The translations under genes were made by a program, and so were the position numbers. From the IMG/VR virus record IMGVR_UViG_3300005239_000039, positions 17,625 through 81,624 of that record: a stretch of DNA of 64,000 nt. One strand, 5' to 3'. This stretch comes from a virus (taxonomy: Duplodnaviria; Caudoviricetes). The notes below the pieces were generated by a model, which was not told the DNA's origin, did no database searches, and worked only from the letters and a program-made list of their open reading frames with translations. Positions 47,400 to 56,183 of the stretch are shown here, in pieces (the stretch's first letter is position 1; the number at the start of each line of letters is the position of its first letter).

Positions 47400-49891
47400 G
47401 ATTCTACACGAACGTTCAAATGGTCGGAGACCAATTTCTTGTTAGAGGATATGAAAATGGAGAACGTTTTCAAACCCGCGAGAAGTTTCAACCGACCCTT
47501 TTTGTGTCTTCTAATAGGAAGACGAATTATAAAACACTTGAGGGAAAGTATGTTGAATCAATTCAACCAGGAACTGTTCGTGACTGTCGTGACTTCATCA
47601 AAAAGTATGATGGTATAGAAGATTTTAATGTATATGGATGTGAAAGATTCATATATCAGTATATTTCTGACAAGTATACGAAGGATCAAATTGAGTTTGA
47701 TATTTCCAAAATCAATCTCGTTACAATTGATATTGAGGTTGCATCTGAGAATGGATTCCCAGATGTAGAATCGGCTGCAGAAGAAATTCTGTTGATTACA
47801 ATTCAGGATTATACAACCAAAGAAATTATTACCTGGGGTCAAGGTCCTTTTAAGCTAAAACAGGGTAATCATTATTACAAAAGGTTCAATAATGAGTTTG
47901 ATCTGCTGAATGATTTCATCAATTGGTGGATGCAAAACACTCCTGATATTGTTACTGGATGGAATAGTGAACTGTATGATATGCCATATATGGTCCGTCG
48001 TATTGAGCGTATTCTTGGTGAAAAATTGATGAAACGATTGTCTCCTTGGGGACTTGTAACTGAACGTGAGATTTACATTAAGGGTCGTAAGCAAACTTCT
48101 TATGATGTTGGTGGAGTATCTCAGTTAGATTATCTAAATCTATATAAGAAATTTACTTACAAGGCACAAGAATCTTACCGTCTAGATTATATTGCAAGTG
48201 TGGAACTTGGCCAAAAGAAACTTGATCACTCTGAGTTTGAAACCTTTAAAGATTTCTATACTCATGGATGGCAAAAGTTTGTAGAATACAACATCATTGA
48301 CGTTGAACTTGTTGACCGTATGGAGGACAAGATGAAACTCATTGAACTAGCACTTACTATGGCATATGATGCCAAGGTAAATTATAATGATGTGTTCTAT
48401 CAGGTTCGTATGTGGGATGCGATTATCTACAACTATCTTAAAAAGAAAGATATCGTAATTCCTCCTAAGGAAAAGTCTGACAAGAACGAAAAGTATGCAG
48501 GAGCATATGTTAAGGAACCGAATCCTGGAGTATATGATTGGGTAGTCTCTTTTGACCTTAATAGTCTCTACCCTCATCTTATTATGCAGTATAATATTTC
48601 TCCAGAGACATTGTGCGAGACTAGACACCCATCAGTTACAGTCGATAAGATTCTTAAAAAAGAAATATCATTTGACTCATACAAAGACAGAGCGGTATGT
48701 GCTAATGGTGCAATGTATCGCAAGGATAAGAAGGGATTCTTGCCTGAGTTGATGGAGAAAATGTATGGAGAGCGTGTCATCTTCAAGAAGAGGATGATCA
48801 AAGCAAAGCAGCAGTATGAGAAAACACCAACAAAAGATCTTGAGAAAGAGATTTCTAGATGTAATAACATTCAGATGGCTAAGAAGATCTCTCTTAACTC
48901 TGCCTATGGTGCGATTGGTAATCAATACTTCCGTTATTACAAGTTAGCAAACGCTGAAGCAATTACTTTATCAGGTCAAGTTTCAATTCGTTGGATTGAG
49001 AATGAGATGAACGTATATCTAAATAATCTTTTAAAAACAGAAGGTGTAGATTATGTCATCGCATCCGACACTGATTCGATATACCTTAATCTTGGACCTC
49101 TTGTTGATAAATTTTTTGCTTCTAAGTCTGGCGACAAAACTGCGATTGTTACCATACTTGATAAGATCTGTGAAGATAAGTTGGAACCATTCATCGAATC
49201 CTCTTATCAGGACCTTGCGAACTACCTTTCGGCGTATGAACAAAAGATGAGTATGAAGCGTGAGAATATCGCTGAACGTGGTATTTGGACCGCCAAGAAG
49301 CGTTATATTCTTAACGTGTGGGACAGTGAAGGTGTTCGTTATGAAGAACCCAAACTAAAGATTATGGGACTTGAGGCTGTTAAATCATCTACTCCTGCTC
49401 CTTGTCGTCAGATGATTAAGGATGGTCTTAAACTGATGATGAATGGCACTGAAGATGAAGTGATTGATTTCATTGCTAAGTGTCGTAAAGATTTTAGAAA
49501 CTTAACTCCTGAAGAAATTTCATTTCCAAGATCTGTTTCTGATGTAGAAAAATTCAAAGATAATAATGTGATCTATAGAAAGGGATCGCCCATTCATGTT
49601 CGGGGTGCTTTACTTTTTAACCATTATATAAAAGAAAAAAAACTTATCAATAAATATTCTTTGATTCAAAATGGTGAGAAGATTAAGTTTTGCTATTTGA
49701 AAGTTCCAAATACGATACATGAAAATGTATTTTCTTTTATTCAGGAATTCCCCAAAGAGTTGGACTTAAATAGATATGTTGATTATGAACTGCAATTCAG
49801 TAAATCATTTGTAGATCCTTTAAAAGTGATCTTGGATGCTATTGGATGGAATATCGAAAAAACGGTAAGTCTGGAGGACTTTTTCTCATGA
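47396..49891 (+). CDS. g43: Family B DNA polymerase gp43
   Basis: Exonuclease DIEV, motif A SFDLNSLYP, motif B KISLNSAYG, motif C SDTDS. Confidence 0.98.
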   Translation: MRFYTNVQMVGDQFLVRGYENGERFQTREKFQPTLFVSSNRKTNYKTLEGKYVESIQPGTVRDCRDFIKKYDGIEDFNVYGCERFIYQYISDKYTKDQIEFDISKINLVTIDIEVASENGFPDVESAAEEILLITIQDYTTKEIITWGQGPFKLKQGNHYYKRFNNEFDLLNDFINWWMQNTPDIVTGWNSELYDMPYMVRRIERILGEKLMKRLSPWGLVTEREIYIKGRKQTSYDVGGVSQLDYLNLYKKFTYKAQESYRLDYIASVELGQKKLDHSEFETFKDFYTHGWQKFVEYNIIDVELVDRMEDKMKLIELALTMAYDAKVNYNDVFYQVRMWDAIIYNYLKKKDIVIPPKEKSDKNEKYAGAYVKEPNPGVYDWVVSFDLNSLYPHLIMQYNISPETLCETRHPSVTVDKILKKEISFDSYKDRAVCANGAMYRKDKKGFLPELMEKMYGERVIFKKRMIKAKQQYEKTPTKDLEKEISRCNNIQMAKKISLNSAYGAIGNQYFRYYKLANAEAITLSGQVSIRWIENEMNVYLNNLLKTEGVDYVIASDTDSIYLNLGPLVDKFFASKSGDKTAIVTILDKICEDKLEPFIESSYQDLANYLSAYEQKMSMKRENIAERGIWTAKKRYILNVWDSEGVRYEEPKLKIMGLEAVKSSTPAPCRQMIKDGLKLMMNGTEDEVIDFIAKCRKDFRNLTPEEISFPRSVSDVEKFKDNNVIYRKGSPIHVRGALLFNHYIKEKKLINKYSLIQNGEKIKFCYLKVPNTIHENVFSFIQEFPKELDLNRYVDYELQFSKSFVDPLKVILDAIGWNIEKTVSLEDFFS

Positions 49892-50085
49892 AAGATCAGT
49901 ATACTATTGATGATGGTGAAGGAAAACATGACAAGTGGAATAGAGGCCTAGATCTTTTTATTGAGTCTGTTTTAAAACCAGATCCTTCATTAAGGCAATG
50001 TGCTCATAACCAAAGATGTTTCCATGAGCTTATGGATGTTCGTGGAGATGTGCTAGAATACTTGAAAACAAAACGTTGGAACTAA
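49888..50085 (+). CDS. Hypothetical protein (65 aa)
   Basis: ATGA overlap with the g43 stop, SD GGAGG. Confidence 0.7.
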   Translation: MKDQYTIDDGEGKHDKWNRGLDLFIESVLKPDPSLRQCAHNQRCFHELMDVRGDVLEYLKTKRWN

Positions 50086-50088
50086 TTT

Positions 50089-51093
50089 ATGGATTTTTTG
50101 AAGGAAATTGTAAAAGAGATTGGAGATGACTTCACCAAACTGGCAGCAGACATTGACGAAACTGAAACATACGTTGACACTGGTTCGTTCATCTTTAATG
50201 CTCTTGTATCTGGGTCTATCCGTGGTGGTGTATCTGGTAACAAAATCACTGCAATTGCTGGTGAAAGTTCTACAGGAAAAACTTTCTTCTCTCTCGCAGT
50301 GGTTAAGAATTTTCTGGATTCTAATCCTGATGGATACTGCTTGTATTTTGATACTGAGGCAGCTGTCAATAAGTCACTCTTAGCGAGTCGTGGTATTGAC
50401 TTAGAGCGATTGGTTGTTATTAATGTTGTCACCATAGAACAGTTTAGACAGAAGGCACTACAGGCAGTTGACATATACCAAAAGAAACCTGAAGAAGACC
50501 GCAAACCCTGCATGTTTGTGCTAGACTCTTTGGGGATGCTTTCCACAGAGAAGGAGATTCGTGATGCTTTAGACGATAAGCAAGTCAGGGATATGACCAA
50601 ATCCCAACTTGTCAAGGGAGCATTCCGTATGCTTACACTCAAACTTGGTCAGGCTAACATTCCACTAATCGTCACCAACCATACCTACGATGTCATCGGA
50701 TCATACGTTCCCACCAAAGAAATGGGCGGAGGCAGCGGTCTCAAATATGCAGCGTCTACGATCATTTATCTCAGCAAAAAGAAAGAAAAGGATGGAACAG
50801 AAGTCATTGGAAACCTTATTAAAGCTAAGACAGCAAAGTCGCGTCTAAGTAAGGAGAACAAGGATGTTACGGTGCGTTTGTATTACGATGAGCGTGGTCT
50901 TGATCGATATTTTGGTCTTCTTGAACTCGGTGAGATTGGCGGACTTTGGAAAAATGTAGCAGGTCGCTATGAAATTGATGGTAAGAAAGTCTATGCCAAG
51001 GCAATCTATAAAGATCCTGAAGCATACTTTACTCCTGAAGTGATGGAAAAGTTGGATGCAATTGCAAAAGAGGAATTTAGTTACGGATCTTGA
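50089..51093 (+). CDS. uvsX: RecA-like recombinase UvsX
   Basis: AGESSTGKT, FVLDSLG, TNHTY, GGGSG.KYAAS. Confidence 0.95.
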   Translation: MDFLKEIVKEIGDDFTKLAADIDETETYVDTGSFIFNALVSGSIRGGVSGNKITAIAGESSTGKTFFSLAVVKNFLDSNPDGYCLYFDTEAAVNKSLLASRGIDLERLVVINVVTIEQFRQKALQAVDIYQKKPEEDRKPCMFVLDSLGMLSTEKEIRDALDDKQVRDMTKSQLVKGAFRMLTLKLGQANIPLIVTNHTYDVIGSYVPTKEMGGGSGLKYAASTIIYLSKKKEKDGTEVIGNLIKAKTAKSRLSKENKDVTVRLYYDERGLDRYFGLLELGEIGGLWKNVAGRYEIDGKKVYAKAIYKDPEAYFTPEVMEKLDAIAKEEFSYGS

Positions 51094-52457
51094 TGGAACA
51101 AATTGAAGTTACAATCCTAAGAAACCTTATTCATAATGAAGACTATGCGCGAAAAGTAATACCATTTTTACAACCTGAATACTTTGAGGATAACATCAAG
51201 AAAACTATCTTTCTTGAAACCTCAGAGTTTATTGTAAAATACGATTCGCTTATTACTCTTGAAGCCCTTGAGATTGAGATTTCAAACCGATCGGATTTAA
51301 ATGGTCAAGATCTTCAAGAAGTAAAAAACCAAATTGTTGAGTTAGAAGATAAGTCAGTAGATGAAAAATGGTTGGTTGACTCTACTGAAAAATGGTGTCG
51401 TGATCGTGCTATCTATCTTGCACTTATGGAATCAATTCATATTGCAGATGGTAATGATGAAAAGAAAAATCGTGATGCAATTCCTAGCATTCTAAGTAAT
51501 GCACTCGCAGTTTCATTTGATAATCACATTGGTCATGACTACTTACAAGACTTTGAAGAACGGTTCGACTCTTATCATCGTAAGGAAGATCGCATTCCGT
51601 TTGATCTTGAATATTTTAACAGGATTACGAAAGGTGGTTTGGTTAACAAGAGTCTTAATATCGCTCTTGCTGGCACAGGTGTCGGAAAGTCTCTTTTTAT
51701 GTGCCATATGGCTTCATCGTCACTCCTCGCAGGATATAACGTCTTGTATATCACTATGGAGATGGCAGAAGAAAAAATTGCTGAGAGAATTGATGCGAAT
51801 CTTTTAAACATAAACATTCAAGAGATTGGTGATCTTCCCAAACAAATGTTTGATACGAAGATCAACACTCTAACACAAAAAACTCAAGGTAGTCTTATAA
51901 TTAAGGAATACCCAACCGCCGCCGCACATAGTGGACATTTTAAGGCACTACTCAATGAACTTGCACTTAAGAAATCATTTAGACCTGATATTATTTTCAT
52001 TGATTACCTTAATATATGTGCTTCCTCCCGTTATCGCGGAAACGGCAATGTCAATTCATATTCGTATATTAAGTCTATTGCAGAAGAACTTAGAGGATTG
52101 GCTGTTGAAGCAAACGTCCCTATCGTTTCTGCCACGCAGACCACTCGTTCTGGTTATGGTAGCTCTGACGTTGACATTACTGACACTTCTGAGTCCTTTG
52201 GTCTCCCTGCTACTGCTGATCTTATGTTTGCCCTTATTAGCACAGATGAGTTGGCAGAACTCGGACAAATTATGGTGAAGCAATTGAAGAATCGCTATAA
52301 TGATGTTTCAATATCTAAACGTTTTATTCTCGGAATTGATCGTGCAAAGATGCGTTTGTATGACTGTGAGCAGAGTGAGCAAAATATTATTGGTGGCGAT
52401 CTAGATGGTGAGAAGGATGAACAATCCACTAATAAATTTGCAAAAATAAATTTCTAA
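51093..52457 (+). CDS. g41: Replicative helicase gp41
   Basis: AGTGVGKS, YITMEMAEE, IDYLNI, SATQTTRSG, KQLKNRY. Confidence 0.97.
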   Translation: MEQIEVTILRNLIHNEDYARKVIPFLQPEYFEDNIKKTIFLETSEFIVKYDSLITLEALEIEISNRSDLNGQDLQEVKNQIVELEDKSVDEKWLVDSTEKWCRDRAIYLALMESIHIADGNDEKKNRDAIPSILSNALAVSFDNHIGHDYLQDFEERFDSYHRKEDRIPFDLEYFNRITKGGLVNKSLNIALAGTGVGKSLFMCHMASSSLLAGYNVLYITMEMAEEKIAERIDANLLNINIQEIGDLPKQMFDTKINTLTQKTQGSLIIKEYPTAAAHSGHFKALLNELALKKSFRPDIIFIDYLNICASSRYRGNGNVNSYSYIKSIAEELRGLAVEANVPIVSATQTTRSGYGSSDVDITDTSESFGLPATADLMFALISTDELAELGQIMVKQLKNRYNDVSISKRFILGIDRAKMRLYDCEQSEQNIIGGDLDGEKDEQSTNKFAKINF

Positions 52458-52987
52458 TGTTTGATGATGGTGATTATCCAATAACAATGAACGAAGTTCT
52501 TACTGATACTTTGTTTAATTCTTTACAGGATGAATTAGTCTATTGGAAATTAACTAATCAATCACATCTTGATACAGATCCTATATTTTGGACACAAGAT
52601 AAAGAATATAAAAATCAGAATATCCTATTCAAAGAAGCTCAGACAATCATCAAGTATAAATTGATGAAGATAATTGGAAAGAATTTAAAATCTCTTAGAG
52701 TTCACACAAATTGTGCTACAAGTGGGCAGAGAGGAAGTGTTTTTCACACTGATGATTTTAATTCTGGAAAATTAACTTTTGTCTTGTTTGCAACTCCAGA
52801 ATGGAATATTCAATGGGGTGGAGAAAGTGTAGTTTTTAATCCTTATATTGATAAGTATTGCTACACGCCATTTATTCCAAACTGTGGAGTCTGTTTTCCA
52901 TCAGAGTGGGAACACTATGGAGCATCTCCTCTTCATCATACGGAAGAAGCAAGAATAACTATTGCTTTTTTGTATGAAATCATGTAA
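52457..52987 (+). CDS. 2OG-Fe(II) oxygenase
   Basis: FHTD, WGGE, EHYG, RITIAF. Paralogous to 39529-40116. Confidence 0.85.
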   Translation: MFDDGDYPITMNEVLTDTLFNSLQDELVYWKLTNQSHLDTDPIFWTQDKEYKNQNILFKEAQTIIKYKLMKIIGKNLKSLRVHTNCATSGQRGSVFHTDDFNSGKLTFVLFATPEWNIQWGGESVVFNPYIDKYCYTPFIPNCGVCFPSEWEHYGASPLHHTEEARITIAFLYEIM

Positions 52988-53012
52988 AATAACGAGGTAA
53001 TCAATTAAATTT

Positions 53013-53417
53013 ATGACTGTAAACACTGATGCATATCTTGAGTTTGTGAACGCCGTCACATCTCAACCGAGCAAAGATGCCGATGCCTTTGAGTATCGCA
53101 TTCAAGAACTTCGTGGAGAGGGCTTTGAAACTCATAGACTTCTCACTGCATCTGTTGGTATGTGTGCCGAAGCAGGTGAGTTCACTGAGATTGTCAAGAA
53201 GATTGTCTTTCAAGGTAAACCAGTCACTGAAGAAAATATGTGGCATATGAAGCGTGAACTTGGAGACATCATGTGGTATGTTGCACAGGCATGTATGGGG
53301 CTTAATATTTCTCTTGATGAAATCATTGAGATGAATGTTGAAAAACTTGCAACCCGTTATCCTGGTGGTGAGTTTGATGTTCACTACTCTGAAAATCGTC
53401 AGGAAGGAGACCTGTGA
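53013..53417 (+). CDS. mazG: MazG-family NTP pyrophosphohydrolase
   Basis: GMCAEAGEF.EIVKK, RELGDIMWY, N..KL..RYP. Confidence 0.9.
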   Translation: MTVNTDAYLEFVNAVTSQPSKDADAFEYRIQELRGEGFETHRLLTASVGMCAEAGEFTEIVKKIVFQGKPVTEENMWHMKRELGDIMWYVAQACMGLNISLDEIIEMNVEKLATRYPGGEFDVHYSENRQEGDL

Positions 53418-53536
53418 TGGACGGAGCAGTACATGCATGGAACTCTATGTCCTACGGGGAGGGGTTCCTCTTCTCTGTATGGATCTTAGGAATGTATTAT
53501 GTCAAACTAAAAATGGATAAGAGGTTTGGACAATGA
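53417..53536 (+). CDS. 39-aa membrane micropeptide (not in the ORF track)
   Basis: MDGAVHAWNSMSYGEGFLFSVWILGMYYVKLKMDKRFGQ*. Coupled at both ends. Confidence 0.6.
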   Translation: MDGAVHAWNSMSYGEGFLFSVWILGMYYVKLKMDKRFGQ

Positions 53537-53691
53537 GTAAAAAATCATTTAAGAACAAGCATCAACAGCAATGGGAGTGGGAAGAAACTCCTGAGACTAA
53601 AGCAGCAATTGCTGCTCTTCATGAAGGCATCCGTCAGCGTAAGTTGAAAGAGCAAGACGACAAACTAAACTATGAAACAGGAGGCAAATGA
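53533..53691 (+). CDS. 52-aa hypothetical protein (not in the ORF track)
   Basis: MSKKSFKNKHQQQWEWEETPETKAAIAALHEG...GGK*. ATGA overlaps. Confidence 0.65.
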   Translation: MSKKSFKNKHQQQWEWEETPETKAAIAALHEGIRQRKLKEQDDKLNYETGGK

Positions 53692-53897
53692 AACTACTCA
53701 CACTAGAAGACTATCAAAAAGCAGGAGAAACATTCTGGCCCAAGTATTGGTATGTTGCCAAAGAACTTGGTGGAGATGCTAAGACCGAAGACATTATCAA
53801 AGTAATGGAAGCAGTTGGTAACGTTGCATTAAAACTAAGAACAGAAGAAGATAAGGAAGGTCCTTTTGGTTTTAATAAAAAAAATATAACTGAATAA
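53688..53897 (+). CDS. Conserved hypothetical protein
   Basis: SD GGAGG. LTLEDYQKAGETFWPKYWYVAKEL. Confidence 0.75.
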   Translation: MKLLTLEDYQKAGETFWPKYWYVAKELGGDAKTEDIIKVMEAVGNVALKLRTEEDKEGPFGFNKKNITE

Positions 53898-53898
53898 A

Positions 53899-53905
53899 AT
53901 AAATA
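53899..53905 (+). promoter_or_regulatory. Late promoter ATAAATA
   Basis: 21 nt before the ATG at 53927. Confidence 0.6.
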
Positions 53906-53926
53906 GAGGTATATGCCTCTTTTTTA

Positions 53927-55054
53927 ATGCCTTCATTATCTGGCAATTCAACGAATGGAACTCCTAATTGGGACAAATATGTAGTAAATAATAACTATCA
54001 ATCAATCAAATATACTATTGAAACCGCAGCATTATTTTTTAAAAACGTAACAAATACAAAGGAAGATCATATTTTAGGAGAATTGACACCTGGAACAGAA
54101 CTGTCTATATCAAGTCCAACAAAAACTAATATAAGTGCAACAAAAGCATCTGGAGCTCCTCGCACATTTAGTTCACAACCATCTGCTAAAGTTAAGATTG
54201 GTAATAAAACTGGTTATGTTCTAATTAATAAAATTAAGAAACCGACGAAGGCACCAGATAAAGTTGAAAAAAGAACCATTAATATGGCACAAAATACACT
54301 TACTCAATTGAAATCAATAGCTCAAGTTGGCAATAAACCTAAGAGTGGAATTGATATTGAAGTTGAAGGATTTGGTCTTATATCTGATGTGACTTCAGTA
54401 GAAAAAGTTCCAGAAAGAGTAAATAATAGAGAAGCAAAGGCTGATATTGTTCTTAAAGATTCAAAAGGTAACAGATTAATTTACATATCACATAAAGCTG
54501 CAGGTGGTGCGAAAGCCTTCCAGCAATATGGTGGAGTTTCTGAAACCGCTGGTACTAAGGAAATGCCTGGATTAATTTATAACAATCCAGAAGTACAACA
54601 GTATTTGAATAATCTTTATTCTCTTTACCAATCTTCTTTAGATGGCACTGGAAACAATTTAAATCCATTTTCAAATGGACAGTTAACTGTAGGAAGATTG
54701 TATCGACCTGTAAGAGATACAACTCTCATAAATCAAGCAGTTTTTGGACCAGGATTTGGTGGATCATCAGGAATTGATAATGTTGATGTTATTGCACAGG
54801 GCCCATTCATATTCAAACCATACATAAATTCTGAGGGTGACATTACATTTACTCTGAGATGGGATCATTTTGATTATCGTGGTGGTGACATTGATGATTT
54901 TAATAGTGGTCAATATCAAGCACTTCTAGTTTCAAGAAGTGCAAGTGATAGAAGAACAAAAACATCTCAGGGAGATATACCAGGAGTAAGAACTGGTATT
55001 TTTAATAAATCTTATCTGTCTGGTCAGTCTGTAAACATTGATGCAATCATATAA
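53927..55054 (+). CDS. Putative PD-(D/E)XK nuclease-fold protein
   Basis: VEKRTI ... KADIVL.....YISHK arrangement. Confidence 0.5.
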   Translation: MPSLSGNSTNGTPNWDKYVVNNNYQSIKYTIETAALFFKNVTNTKEDHILGELTPGTELSISSPTKTNISATKASGAPRTFSSQPSAKVKIGNKTGYVLINKIKKPTKAPDKVEKRTINMAQNTLTQLKSIAQVGNKPKSGIDIEVEGFGLISDVTSVEKVPERVNNREAKADIVLKDSKGNRLIYISHKAAGGAKAFQQYGGVSETAGTKEMPGLIYNNPEVQQYLNNLYSLYQSSLDGTGNNLNPFSNGQLTVGRLYRPVRDTTLINQAVFGPGFGGSSGIDNVDVIAQGPFIFKPYINSEGDITFTLRWDHFDYRGGDIDDFNSGQYQALLVSRSASDRRTKTSQGDIPGVRTGIFNKSYLSGQSVNIDAII

Positions 55055-55060
55055 TAAATA
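55054..55060 (+). promoter_or_regulatory. Late promoter ATAAATA
   Basis: Overlaps the upstream stop, 5 nt before the ATG at 55066. Confidence 0.55.
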
Positions 55061-55065
55061 ATATT

Positions 55066-56178
55066 ATGAAAAACTTTCTAGCGTTTATCACAGAAGCATC
55101 GAGAGCCGCCACCCAAGCAAAGGCGATGGGCTTGACAGGAGATGGTCATGGGGACTATTATGATAAGGATGGAAACCTTATCGCTAAAACTGTGCGCGGT
55201 CAACTGAAGATCTTCCAAAAGAAAACCAAAACTCCAGATCAAGAAACTCAGAAACAACAAACTCAACAGGAACCAGATAATGCTCCACCCGTTGAGAAGA
55301 CAAAAGGAGCACTCACCATAGGATTTGGACGTTTTAATCCACCTACAACTGGTCACGAAAAATTAATCAATAATATCAGGGCTACTGCTGGTCAAGGCGA
55401 ATATAAAATTTACCCTTCACATAGTGAAGATCCTAAGAAAAATCCTCTGGATTCAATCACTAAAGTTGAATTCATGAAGACGATGTTCCCTGATCATGCC
55501 AATAATATTGTGCATGATACTAAGATGAGAACCATCTTTGATGTTCTCAAGGGAGCGCACAATGATGGTCATACTGAAGTAAATATCGTTGTTGGTGCTG
55601 ATCGTCAAGCAGAATTTGAGAACTTGGCTAATAAGTATAATGGTAAGTTGTATTCATTTGAGAAGATCAATGTAATTTCTGCTGGTGATCGTGATCCAGA
55701 TTCTGAAGGTGTGGAGGGAATGTCTGCATCTAAAATGAGAAAGGCCGCTGCAGAAGGTGACTTTGATACTTTTGCATCTGGGCTTCCTGGAACAGTGAAA
55801 CCTAAAGATGCAGAGACAATGTTTTTGACTGTTCGTCAAAGAATGGGCATCGAAGAGGGATATGAACTTTGGGAGATTGCACCTAAGTATGATTGGAGAG
55901 GTCTAAGAGAAAATTTTGTTCTTGGAAATGTATTTAAGGTCGGTTCTTTAGTCGAGAATCTAGTAACTGGTTTTATTGGAAAAATTATTAGAAAAGGAAC
56001 AAATCATATTATATCTGTGACAAAAGAGGGATACTTATTCAAGTCCTGGATTAAAGATGTAAATGAAGTGCATGAGATTGGAACTGATTCCTACCGTGAA
56101 TATGTTCAAGGAATGTCTCCAAGAGAGAAAGTTCAGTCATTTATAAATAAAAGTAAGAAAAAGCGTAACCGTAATTAA
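55066..56178 (+). CDS. HIGH-family nucleotidyltransferase ('cytidyltransferase') with capsid-targeting-like N-terminus
   Basis: FGRFNPPTTGH, VVGADR, SAGDRD, SASKMR. N-term MKNFLAFITE. Confidence 0.85.
   Translation: MKNFLAFITEASRAATQAKAMGLTGDGHGDYYDKDGNLIAKTVRGQLKIFQKKTKTPDQETQKQQTQQEPDNAPPVEKTKGALTIGFGRFNPPTTGHEKLINNIRATAGQGEYKIYPSHSEDPKKNPLDSITKVEFMKTMFPDHANNIVHDTKMRTIFDVLKGAHNDGHTEVNIVVGADRQAEFENLANKYNGKLYSFEKINVISAGDRDPDSEGVEGMSASKMRKAAAEGDFDTFASGLPGTVKPKDAETMFLTVRQRMGIEEGYELWEIAPKYDWRGLRENFVLGNVFKVGSLVENLVTGFIGKIIRKGTNHIISVTKEGYLFKSWIKDVNEVHEIGTDSYREYVQGMSPREKVQSFINKSKKKRNRN
56142..56149 (+). promoter_or_regulatory. Late promoter TATAAATA
   Basis: Exact consensus 34 nt upstream of the ATG at 56184. 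Confidence 0.75.
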
Positions 56179-56183
56179 AGACG

